Shown piece by piece: positions 1 to 8,797 of a stretch of DNA of 63,335 nucleotides. The stretch is from an uncultured Eubacterium sp. (lineage in GTDB: Bacteria > Bacillota > Clostridia > Lachnospirales > Lachnospiraceae). The notes below the pieces were generated by a model, which was not told the DNA's origin, made no database searches, and saw nothing but the letters and a program-made list of their open reading frames with translations. Location of the stretch: NCBI GenBank assembly GCA_947090545.1, contig CAMUPC010000001.1, forward strand, positions 1 through 63,335, read 5' to 3'. The position numbers and the translations under genes were made by a program. The stretch's first letter is position 1; each line of letters opens with the position of its first letter.

Positions 1-220
1 TGGCTTCCTGTGACTGTGGAAAAATGTTAGGAGCCCTTAGCATCCTGCTCGACAAAAGCAGGGGCGAAGCCAAGCGGCACCTTTAGCTGCTGGCGGAACG
101 CCAGGGCGAACTAGGTGCCGCGCCCGGACGGTGCCACAGCGTAACCGCAGGACGCTTAGGGCTCCTTACATTTTGAAACCGGAACAGGAAGCCAGCCCCG
201 CTCCCCTTCCTCCAGCGTCC
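1..220 (+). repeat. Palindromic ~260-bp intergenic element, copy A (5'-truncated by window edge)
   Basis: Core AGGGGCGAAGCCAAGCGGCACCTTTAGCTGCTGGCGGAACGCCAGGGCGAACTAGGTGCCGCGCCCGGACGGTGCCAC is shared with the copies at 7.8, 8.4, 16.6 and 17.2 kb (variant core in the last two). Arms are self-complementary; ends in CCAGCGTCC. Confidence 0.95.
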
Positions 221-341
221 TTCCCCCATTAACTACCAAAGAAAAGCGAGATGATTACATATGCTTCACAGCATACCAAAAAACAACCCAAATAAGCACC
301 CAACCAAAAGCAGCCATAGAGCAAAACAAAAAGAACTGATC

Positions 342-1376
342 ATGATCCATTTCTTCACATGCACTATATTCATCTTCTGGATGCTACTTCTAAGCGCGTG
401 CACCAATTACCAGCCATCCTCAGCAGACAGGATGCAGGTAGGGGTAGCATATTATAACCAAAGCGACACATTTTTAAGCCAAATGATTGAATGCCTCAAG
501 GATCAGTTTGACAACCTTGCCAACGAAGGCCTGGAAATCACCGTGATGGTACGGGAAGCCGCAGGCTCGCAGCGCACCCAGGATGACCAGGTGAAAGAGC
601 TGATTGACGCAGGCTGCAATGTGCTGTGCGTAAATCTGGTCGACCGTGCCGATCCTTCCGAGATTATCGATCTCGCCAGAGAGCATAATATACCAATTAT
701 ATTTTTTAACAGGGAACCAGTCGCAGAAGATATGATGCAGTGGGACAAGCTTTATTATGTCGGCGCGGATGCAAACCAGTCCGGCGTGATGCAGGGAGAG
801 CTGGCGGCGGGCGCCATACAGACGTGCCGGCAGATTGACCGCAATCAGGACGGAAAGATCCAGTATGTCGTATTGGAAGGAGAAGCCGGGCACCAGGATT
901 CCATTATACGAACGGAAAGTGCGGTCAATACGTTGAAACAAAAGGGGGTCAGCCTGGAAAAGTTAAGCTGCGGTATCGCGAACTGGAACCGTGCGCAGGC
1001 GCAGAACCGGATGATGCAGATGATCAGCCAGCATCAGAACCGGATTGAGCTTGTGCTGGCAAACAACGACGACATGGCGCTGGGAGCGATGGACGCGTAT
1101 AAAAAGCTGAATGTTACAGAATCTGCGCTGCCTGTATTTTTCGGCATCGATGGGACAGATGTCGGGTTAAAGGCGGTTGCAGAGGGCAGGCTGTCCGCGA
1201 CTGTATACAATGATAAGGAAGGGCAGTCTGCGGCGATTGCAAAGCTGGCGGCAGCGCTGATTACGGGTCAGGGCTTGAATAAGATCGAGTTTGAAAACCA
1301 GAAATATATTTATCTTCCTTATAAAAAAGTGACGGGCAGCAATGTGTATGTTTTTTATAAGGAGAAAGAATTGTAA
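342..1376 (+). CDS. Galactose/glucose-type sugar ABC substrate-binding lipoprotein (MglB-like)
   Basis: Hydrophobic signal with lipobox LSAC; motifs PIIFFNREP, YYVGADA, ANWNRAQA, ANNDDMALGA, GIDGT. Start uncertain (ORF open from 261). Confidence 0.85.
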   Translation: MIHFFTCTIFIFWMLLLSACTNYQPSSADRMQVGVAYYNQSDTFLSQMIECLKDQFDNLANEGLEITVMVREAAGSQRTQDDQVKELIDAGCNVLCVNLVDRADPSEIIDLAREHNIPIIFFNREPVAEDMMQWDKLYYVGADANQSGVMQGELAAGAIQTCRQIDRNQDGKIQYVVLEGEAGHQDSIIRTESAVNTLKQKGVSLEKLSCGIANWNRAQAQNRMMQMISQHQNRIELVLANNDDMALGAMDAYKKLNVTESALPVFFGIDGTDVGLKAVAEGRLSATVYNDKEGQSAAIAKLAAALITGQGLNKIEFENQKYIYLPYKKVTGSNVYVFYKEKEL

Positions 1377-1403
1377 ATGGATGGGCATATTTGCATGAGC
1401 TTT

Positions 1404-1437
1404 AAAAAAGGGAGACTGTTAAAACAGCTCCCCTTTT
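1404..1437. terminator. Bidirectional intrinsic terminator
   Basis: AAAAAAGGGAG-ACTGTT-AA-AACAG-CTCCCCTTTT between convergent genes. Confidence 0.7.
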
Positions 1438-1447
1438 CGTTCCGATT

Positions 1448-3940
1448 TTATTTTTTTACGGTTAGAGTAAGATGCTGCTGCGTGCATCCGTCAGCAGAAA
1501 CAGTGACATCGATCGTTCCTTCGTGTTCGCTGGCACGGATGACAGCCATTGCATAACCGTCGTAGGTTTCCCATTCTGTATCATCATAGCTGCCGAGCGA
1601 TTTTGGATCGGCGTTTCCAAATGCTTCCAGCCTGCCGGCTCCTTCTGCATGGACTTTGATTTTTTTGGATGCAGACAGGTTATCTGTTCCGGTACTGTCG
1701 GCCAGGCTGATCGTCAAAAAGCACAAATCTTCTCCGTCGGCTTGCAATACCGTGCGGTCAGCGTTTACACAAAGCTGTATGTCTGTTCCGGCAGTCACAA
1801 GCGTATGCCTGCCTGTTTCTTTCTTGTTTGTGTAGCTGACAGCCGTGAGTGTGCCAGGTTCATAGCACAGCTCATAAGAAGCGGTAAATGCGTGCGGTTC
1901 TCCGGCTGGCTTTCTGCCAAGCGATTGTCCGTTTAAAAATAACTCTACTTCTTCTGCGTCGGCATAAATATCGACAAGCGCAGGCTTTCCTTCGTATCCG
2001 TACCAGGTCCAGCTTGCAATCGTGTCTTTGTGCATCCACGGTGTCTTGGAGCAGGATAAGCCATATTTGTCCAGCCGTTCTACAGCGATATAAGGGTCTT
2101 TGCGGATGCCGTATACAATTTCACGCAGGTAGCTGATCGGCCTTCGGTATCCTATCAGGTCAAGATCTCCGATATAGGCGGCACGCTCAGGATAGACACT
2201 GGAAAAGTTGACGGCATTGTCATAGTGGAAAATACCGCAGCCCGCTTCTCCTAGATAGTCGTAGCCTGTCCATGTAAAGTCTCCCAGTACATGCGGGTAT
2301 CTTTTTACAATGCCCCAAAGCCTTACAATATCCGCCGGATAAGTCTCTGTGCCGACCACAGTCTTATTTGGATGCAGCTCATGCTCTAAGATATGGCGTC
2401 CGGTCAGATAGTTTAAGCCGATAATGTCGCTGGAGGAGGAGCAGCCTTCTAAAGCTTCGGTCAGGAGCGGATGCGTGGCAAAGTAGTCTCCCCGCTCTCC
2501 TTCCATCAGGCTCATAAAGCTGTTAAAAGCATTGCTGCCGTCCTGCTGTCCGCTTTGTTTATCCTGTTTAGGATCTGGCTGCCCTAAGCCGCCGAATTTT
2601 TCAGCAATATCCTGCATGATTTGTCTTAACCTGGCGCCTGCCGCCATCAGCCCGTTTAGCCCGATCGTTGTGTAGCGGGTATGGTCAAGTTCATGCAGCT
2701 TGTTGCAGATTTTACGGTTGATCGCTGCGCCTGCTTCCGTGCCTGCTTCTGAGATTTCGTTGCCGGAGGAATAGAGGATGACGCATGGGTGGTTATAGTC
2801 TTTTGCAACCATCTGTTCTGCGACCTGTTCCCAGCATTCCTTAAAGTGGGACGCAAAGTCATAAGGATTTTTATGATAAGTCCACATATCGCTGATCTCA
2901 TCCATAACGAGTATGCCATAGCGGTCACATGCGTCCAGCATGGCTTTGCTCATTGGATGGTGTGCGCTGCGTATACTGTTAAATCCCGCTTCTTTTAGCT
3001 GCCTGCACCGGCGTTCCTCAGCGCGTTTTAAGGTAGAAGCACCTAAAATACCGTTGTCGTGGTGGATACAGGTGCCGCGCAGCTTGATCGGCGTTCCGTT
3101 CAGGCGTATCCCGTGTACAGCGTCTACCAGAATCGTTCGGATACCGAAGCTTTCTGTCGTTTGGTCCAGGATTTCTCCTGCGTTCTCGATTTCTACCCTG
3201 CATTGGTACAGGCTTGGCGTATCGCAGTCCCAAAGCTGTGGGCGCTCGATACAGATCAGATGCCGGGAGGTTTCCTGTGTGCCAGGATACATCACTGCCG
3301 TCTGGCTGTCGTGTGCAATTACTGTACCGTCTTTTTCCAGGCAGACGTTGATTTTAACGGTTTCCTTTCTTCTGCCGATGCTTTGAAAGCGTACCGCGGC
3401 TTCGACAATCGCTGATTCCTGATCCGCAGAGATGGTAGTGATTCTGACGCCGTCTGCGGGAATATGGATTCTGCCGCCGCGCAGCAGGCTGACATTGCGG
3501 TAAATCCCGCTGCCGGTATACCAGCGGCTGTTTGGGACAAGGCTGTTATTTGCGATGACCTTGATTTTATTGCTGCTGCCAAAATCCAGCCACGGATTCA
3601 GATTTACGTAAAAGCCGGAATATCCGTACAGATTTGTGGCGGCAAGAGCGCCGTTGATATAGACCATCGCAGTCTGATAGACGCCTTCAAATTCCAGGAC
3701 GATGCTTTGAGCCGCCCATTCCTCAGGTACAAGGAGTTCTTTTTGGTAGATATATTCGCCGCCTGGATAAAACCCGGTTTGTGCGCCGCTTTCTGTATCC
3801 GGCGTGCGTTCTTCATGAATCATGGCATCGTGGGGCAGGTGTATGGACTGAATCTGTGCCGTACCCATAAAAGCCGCGGCTGCGGCACTGCTTCCGCCTT
3901 TTACGACCTGCCAGCCGCTGTTAAAATTTTCACGTAACAT
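1448..3940 (-). CDS. Glycoside hydrolase family 2 (beta-galactosidase-like)
   Basis: LEFEGVY, RWYTGSGIYRNV, GTCIHHDNG, GFNSIRSAHHP, NHPCVILYSSGNE (acid/base) and FTWTGYDYLGE. RBS AGAAAGGAG precedes ATG at 3940. Confidence 0.93.
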   Translation of the reverse strand: MLRENFNSGWQVVKGGSSAAAAAFMGTAQIQSIHLPHDAMIHEERTPDTESGAQTGFYPGGEYIYQKELLVPEEWAAQSIVLEFEGVYQTAMVYINGALAATNLYGYSGFYVNLNPWLDFGSSNKIKVIANNSLVPNSRWYTGSGIYRNVSLLRGGRIHIPADGVRITTISADQESAIVEAAVRFQSIGRRKETVKINVCLEKDGTVIAHDSQTAVMYPGTQETSRHLICIERPQLWDCDTPSLYQCRVEIENAGEILDQTTESFGIRTILVDAVHGIRLNGTPIKLRGTCIHHDNGILGASTLKRAEERRCRQLKEAGFNSIRSAHHPMSKAMLDACDRYGILVMDEISDMWTYHKNPYDFASHFKECWEQVAEQMVAKDYNHPCVILYSSGNEISEAGTEAGAAINRKICNKLHELDHTRYTTIGLNGLMAAGARLRQIMQDIAEKFGGLGQPDPKQDKQSGQQDGSNAFNSFMSLMEGERGDYFATHPLLTEALEGCSSSSDIIGLNYLTGRHILEHELHPNKTVVGTETYPADIVRLWGIVKRYPHVLGDFTWTGYDYLGEAGCGIFHYDNAVNFSSVYPERAAYIGDLDLIGYRRPISYLREIVYGIRKDPYIAVERLDKYGLSCSKTPWMHKDTIASWTWYGYEGKPALVDIYADAEEVELFLNGQSLGRKPAGEPHAFTASYELCYEPGTLTAVSYTNKKETGRHTLVTAGTDIQLCVNADRTVLQADGEDLCFLTISLADSTGTDNLSASKKIKVHAEGAGRLEAFGNADPKSLGSYDDTEWETYDGYAMAVIRASEHEGTIDVTVSADGCTQQHLTLTVKK

Positions 3941-3954
3941 GTAGTTTCTCCTTT

Positions 3955-5325
3955 CTATACGGTAGAATGGGCTGCATCCCATTCTTTATTTGCCTGTTCA
4001 ACTTTCAGGAAATAGAGTAGTACTGCCATAACAATGCCAAATAAAATCGGCATAATTGCATACATAAAGAATATCGTATCGATCGCTTGTGCGGACTGTA
4101 CGGCAGCAGTACCGTCATATCCGCCCCATTTTAACATCCAGCCGACAACGGCACTGCCGATACCGCCGCCCAGCTTTACGCCAATCGATGAACAGCTAAA
4201 CATCACGCCGTCGATCCTTGCCTTCTGTGTGCGCCAGGTGTAATCGCTCGTTTCCGCTACAAGCGCGTTTAACGTTCCGGTAAGCGGCCCTCCTGCCATA
4301 TTTCTTAAAAATGTGGAAACCAGCATAACCGGAAGATTTTTATTCATGGCTCCTACGATAAATACAACTCCCATTAATAAAGTAATGATACGGGCATACA
4401 GGTTCATCTTCCACATACTGCCGAATTTTTTAACAAGCATTGGCGTCAGCGTCAGGATGATCATAACCGGAATAAGCTGGAACAGTGAAAAAGTACCAAG
4501 CAGCTTAGGATCGCCCATATAATAGGTCATAAACAGGATGGCGGAGCCTTGCGTTATGCCGCTGTAAATATAGTTGGCAAGATATAATCCGAGGATAATC
4601 AAATAGTATGGATTTTTAAAAAGCAGCTTCAGCGATGTGGCAAAGCTGACCTTTTCGGTATGCACCTGATTCTCAGAATGGGATACAATCGTCTCCTCAT
4701 CCGGCACTTCCTTTACCATCAGTACGCAGATCGTATTAACAGCGAGCGCGATAAGTGCAAAGATCAAAGCGACCATGCGCCATCCTTTTGTGCCGCCGCC
4801 AAAGTATTCGATCAGATCGGTTGTGTTGTAGGAGATCAAAAGCGTAGTAAACGTTGCAAAAATAAACCGGATCGAACCAAGCTGTACTCTTTCCTGTTCA
4901 TTTTTGGTGATTTTTGCAGCAAGCGCGGCATAAGCAATGCTGTTTGCGGTATAAAAGACAGCATTATAAGCGGTATAAAAGACAAAGAAGTATGCGTACT
5001 GCATCGTTTCGCTTGTATTAGGGATACAGAAAATCAGGAACAGGCTGGCTGAAACGCCGATCTGCCCATACAGCATCCACGGCCGCGCCTGGCCCAGCTT
5101 GCTTTTGGTGCGGTCCATCAAACCCCCGAAAAAGATATCAGATACACCGTCCAGCAATTTTGATGCCATCATCAGGGAACCGATAATCATACTGTCAAGC
5201 CCCACCGCGGTTGTCAGATAGAACATGATAAAGCTGGAAATCAGCGCATAGCCGCAGTTTGCAGCCATATCGCCGGAGCCGTAGGCAACCTTTTGATACC
5301 ATTTTAGATACTTTCTTTCGTTCAT
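3955..5325 (-). CDS. GPH-family (glycoside-pentoside-hexuronide:cation symporter) MFS transporter
   Basis: About 12 TM segments; KVAYGSGD, DRTKSKLGQARPW, RIDGVMFS motifs; directly upstream of the GH2 gene. Confidence 0.9.
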   Translation of the reverse strand: MNERKYLKWYQKVAYGSGDMAANCGYALISSFIMFYLTTAVGLDSMIIGSLMMASKLLDGVSDIFFGGLMDRTKSKLGQARPWMLYGQIGVSASLFLIFCIPNTSETMQYAYFFVFYTAYNAVFYTANSIAYAALAAKITKNEQERVQLGSIRFIFATFTTLLISYNTTDLIEYFGGGTKGWRMVALIFALIALAVNTICVLMVKEVPDEETIVSHSENQVHTEKVSFATSLKLLFKNPYYLIILGLYLANYIYSGITQGSAILFMTYYMGDPKLLGTFSLFQLIPVMIILTLTPMLVKKFGSMWKMNLYARIITLLMGVVFIVGAMNKNLPVMLVSTFLRNMAGGPLTGTLNALVAETSDYTWRTQKARIDGVMFSCSSIGVKLGGGIGSAVVGWMLKWGGYDGTAAVQSAQAIDTIFFMYAIMPILFGIVMAVLLYFLKVEQANKEWDAAHSTV

Positions 5326-5505
5326 AAAAATACGTTCTCCTCTCTTTACTTTGTCCGTGATAATGTATATACTTTATCTTAAGATAAGCAAATTTTAGTG
5401 TTTTTTACCAATATCGGCAATGTCACGAACATGGAAAGGCGTTTGTTTTTAGTGTCATATCTGTGACTGCCCGATGATTGCGGCAATCGGCAAAGAGGAA
5501 TCGTT

Positions 5506-6579
5506 ATGGAAAACAAATTAATCTGCTCAGGCAAAGAGAGCAATATCCTGGAAATTCATAATGCGGACAGCATCATTCATTCTTATTATGATATGTCGGC
5601 GCCAATTCAGTTTACGATGACGTATTGCAGCGGGCTTTCTGAGGAGTGCTACTACAATGTCATGTCTGTATCGCCCAATAAGGACTATTTTTTCTCATCC
5701 AGGATACGGACGGAGTTTCATCAGTTTAATAATGCGCGTCCGCTGCATCAACATGCGTTTTTTGAGCTGCTGCTCGTATTGGAAGGCAGCATTTCGCAAA
5801 AGCTTGAGGACAAGGAGTATCTCTATCCGGCAGGCACCTGCTGTCTGATTAATCAAAATGTATTCCATATTGAAAAATATATCGGAGAGGCAAAAGTATT
5901 CTTTATCGGATTATCTGTTAGTTTTATTCGGGAACTGCTGGAATCCAATCAGACTTTTTACTGTCAGAGAGAAGGGACGGCAAGCGAAAATTCCATTTTA
6001 CAGTTTATGGCGTCCAATCTCCAACTGGAAAAGGGGAAAAATTATCTGGATTTTTTTCCGGCATTTCAGAACAAAAAAAGCTTATGCGAGCTGCGCCGCC
6101 TGGCTGACCAACTGCTTCGCGCAATTATGCTGCCGAAGCTGGGGGCGGCTTATATGATCAAAGGGCTGATCTGCGAATTGCTGCAATATCTGGACACTAA
6201 AGAATTTTATCATATTAGCTGCGTGCAGCTTAATTCCAGCTCCGGGCAGCTGCTGTTTTCCAGGATCGGCCATCTGATGGAGGATACCGACGGACGGATG
6301 TCCAGGGCAGAACTGGAAAAAGCCCTGTGCTACAGCGGAAATTATATCAATGCAATCGTAAATAAATATGCAGGCATGTGCCTGTACGATTACGGGCTGA
6401 CCTTTACACTGAAAAAAGCGGCGTATCTGCTGATGGAAACAGGAATGCCGATCGCCGCCATAGAAATGAAGCTCGGATTTACAAACCGTACGCACTTTTA
6501 TAAAATCTTTAAGAAAAAATACGGCGTAACGCCGGGGCAATACCGGAAGCAGGAGAAAAATGAAAAAGAATCGGTTTAG
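5506..6579 (+). CDS. AraC-family transcriptional regulator (cupin + HTH)
   Basis: LHQHAFFELLLVLEG cupin; C-terminal LGFTNRTHFYKIFKKKYGVTPGQYRK; divergent from the transporter/GH2 genes. Confidence 0.9.
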   Translation: MENKLICSGKESNILEIHNADSIIHSYYDMSAPIQFTMTYCSGLSEECYYNVMSVSPNKDYFFSSRIRTEFHQFNNARPLHQHAFFELLLVLEGSISQKLEDKEYLYPAGTCCLINQNVFHIEKYIGEAKVFFIGLSVSFIRELLESNQTFYCQREGTASENSILQFMASNLQLEKGKNYLDFFPAFQNKKSLCELRRLADQLLRAIMLPKLGAAYMIKGLICELLQYLDTKEFYHISCVQLNSSSGQLLFSRIGHLMEDTDGRMSRAELEKALCYSGNYINAIVNKYAGMCLYDYGLTFTLKKAAYLLMETGMPIAAIEMKLGFTNRTHFYKIFKKKYGVTPGQYRKQEKNEKESV

Positions 6580-6602
6580 GAAAATTTTGGATTTCTTTTC
6601 TG

Positions 6603-6632
6603 TTGACAGCATAATGACGAATAATTTATAAT
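6603..6632 (+). promoter_or_regulatory. Sigma-A promoter of pfkA
   Basis: TTGACA-N18-TATAAT about 50 bp upstream of the ATG. Confidence 0.7.
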
Positions 6633-6683
6633 AGAAAGGACAAATCGTTTTACAATATCACGAGAAAGAGAGGGTGCATCAAA

Positions 6684-7757
6684 ATGCTCAGAGTTGGTAT
6701 GCTTACAAGCGGCGGCGACTGTCAGGCTTTGAATGCTGCAATGAGAGGCGTTGCAAAAGGATTAAGCTCAAATGTTGAAGAGTTGGAGATTTATGGTTTT
6801 TTGGATGGATATAAGGGACTGATTTACGGGAATTACCGTTTGCTTTCATCATCAGATTTTTCCGGTATCCTGACAAAAGGCGGAACGATCCTGGGTTCTT
6901 CCCGTCAGCCATTTAAGCTGATGCGTACACCAGATGCGAACGGATTAGACAAAGTAGAGGCTATGAAGCAGAATTATTACAAATTAAATCTGGATTGTAT
7001 CGTAATACTTGGCGGCAACGGCACGCAAAAGACTGCGAACCTGCTTCGTGAGGAAGGATTGAATGTGATCCATCTGCCAAAGACCATCGATAATGATATC
7101 TTTGGGACAGACGTTACATTTGGATTTCAGAGTGCCATTAACATCGCAACAGATGCCATTGACTGCATCCATACGACAGCAGCATCCCACAACCGTGTAT
7201 TTATCGTAGAAGTCATGGGGCATAAGGTTGGCTGGCTGACACTTTACGCAGGCATGGCTGGCGGCGCGGATATTATTCTGCTGCCGGAAATCCCATATGA
7301 TATCAAAAAGGTCGTAGCAGCGATTGAGCATCGGACAAAGGCAGGAAAAGGATTTACGATTCTTGCGGTTGCGGAAGGAGCGATCTCCAAAGAGGACGCA
7401 AAATTAAGCAAGAAAGAATACAAAAAGAAACTTGAAAAATCGCCGTATCCGTCTGTATCGTATGAGATTGCGGCAGAGATTGGCAAGAAGCTCGGCAGTG
7501 AAGTACGTGTCACTGTTCCAGGGCATACACAAAGAGGCGGCAGCCCGACACCGTATGACCGCGTGCTTTGTACAAGGCTTGGGGCAGAAGGAGCAAAGGC
7601 GATTTTGGAGAAAGATTTCGGGCATATGATCGCTATGGTAAATAATGAAGTCAGACGTGTGCCGTTAGAGAATGTTGCTGGTAAGTTAAAGACGGTTGAT
7701 CCGAATGCTCAGATTGTAAGAGAAGCAAAACTGACGGGGATTAGCTTTGGGGATTAA
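6684..7757 (+). CDS. pfkA: 6-phosphofructokinase
   Basis: TSGGDCQALNAAMR, GGTILGSSR, GGNGT, PKTIDND, VEVMGH, GHTQRGG. Confidence 0.95.
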   Translation: MLRVGMLTSGGDCQALNAAMRGVAKGLSSNVEELEIYGFLDGYKGLIYGNYRLLSSSDFSGILTKGGTILGSSRQPFKLMRTPDANGLDKVEAMKQNYYKLNLDCIVILGGNGTQKTANLLREEGLNVIHLPKTIDNDIFGTDVTFGFQSAINIATDAIDCIHTTAASHNRVFIVEVMGHKVGWLTLYAGMAGGADIILLPEIPYDIKKVVAAIEHRTKAGKGFTILAVAEGAISKEDAKLSKKEYKKKLEKSPYPSVSYEIAAEIGKKLGSEVRVTVPGHTQRGGSPTPYDRVLCTRLGAEGAKAILEKDFGHMIAMVNNEVRRVPLENVAGKLKTVDPNAQIVREAKLTGISFGD

Positions 7758-7840
7758 TTGAGGTGTTATGAATAAAAACTGCTGCATTGTGGATTCTTAG
7801 AGGATGCTGGTGCGGCGGTTTTTTTTGTGTGTGCAGGAAG

Positions 7841-8101
7841 GGACGCTGGGAGAGGGGATTGGAACGCCCTGCCTGCGTCCGTTCCAGAAGGTTAAGAAGC
7901 CCTAAGCATCCTGCGTGACGCTGTGGCACCGTCCGGGCGCGGCACCTAGTTCGCCCTGGCGTTCCGCCAGCAGCTAAAGGTGCCGCTTGGCTTCGCCCCT
8001 GCTTTGGTTCAGCAGGATGCTAAGGGCTTCTAAACCTTCTTCCAAGGCCGCAGGCAGGGCGTTCCAATCCCCTCTCCCGGCTGGTTTTCGTATGTTTTAC
8101 A
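7841..8101 (-). repeat. Palindromic element copy B (left member of inverted pair 1)
   Basis: Near-perfect reverse complement of 8420-8680; has its own 30-bp terminal stem GGGAGAGGGGATTGGAACGCCCTGCCTGCG/CGCAGGCAGGGCGTTCCAATCCCCTCTCCC. Confidence 0.95.
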
Positions 8102-8172
8102 AAAAAACAGTTCGCAGTTATGGCAGGTTGTGGCGGCTTTTCGTTTCTTTGAGGGAATTGTGCGGATTGGCT

Positions 8173-8237
8173 TGCGGAACTCCAAAGGCTTACAGAACAC
8201 CAGAATTATGCGGAACTCCAAAGGCTTACAGAACACC
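8173..8237. repeat. Direct repeat, 2 x 29 bp, period 36
   Basis: TGCGGAACTCCAAAGGCTTACAGAACACC at 8173-8201 and 8209-8237. Confidence 0.9.
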
Positions 8238-8419
8238 GAGTCTTTTCCGATGTAGTGCCAGAATGCTGGATTACTGGCTGTAGGCCATCATTTATATATA
8301 TATCCTGTGAAAACCAGCCGTAAGAAAACAAACTCCATTCTCCAACTGGAAAACTGGTAATCGCAAACCCTAAATAAATGATAACATACAAGCTTATGTA
8401 TAAAAGTACCGTTACTATT

Positions 8420-8680
8420 TGTAGAACTTGCGAAAACCAGCCGGGAGAGGGGATTGGAACACCCTGGCTGCGGCCTTGGAAGAAGGTTTAGAAGCCCTTA
8501 GCATCCTGCTGAACCAAAGCAGGGGCGAAGCCAAGCGGCACCTTTAGCTGCTGGCGGAACGCCAGGGCGAACTAGGTGCCGCGCCCGGACGGTGCCACAG
8601 CGTCACGCAGGATGGTTAGTGCTTCTTAACCTTCTGGAACGGACACAGCCAGGGTGTTCCAATCCCCTCTCCCAGCGTCC
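8420..8680 (+). repeat. Palindromic element copy C (right member of inverted pair 1)
   Basis: TGTAGAACTTGCGAAAACCAGCCGG...core...CCAGCGTCC. Confidence 0.95.
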
Positions 8681-8797
8681 CCCCCTTTCCCAAAACCCCT
8701 CAATTTTTTGCATGTATACAAATACCCCTTTCTATGATAAAATGAAATAATTCTCTACCACCATTTATAAAAAGCACATTACAGGAGGAATTTCCGT

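Noticed and set aside
8173-8237. CRISPR array
   Set aside because: Only two 29-bp units separated by 7 bp; no spacers and no cas genes.
7741-8391. Short ORFs overlapping the palindromic elements (also 16786-17513 and 63147-63332)
   Set aside because: Translations of GC-rich repeat DNA with no RBS; frames are not preserved between copies.
8420-8680. SRP RNA (scRNA), which often lies upstream of dnaX in Firmicutes
   Set aside because: No SRP helix-8 motif (CAGG..GRAA..AGCA) seen, and the sequence is a multi-copy repeat present in both orientations.
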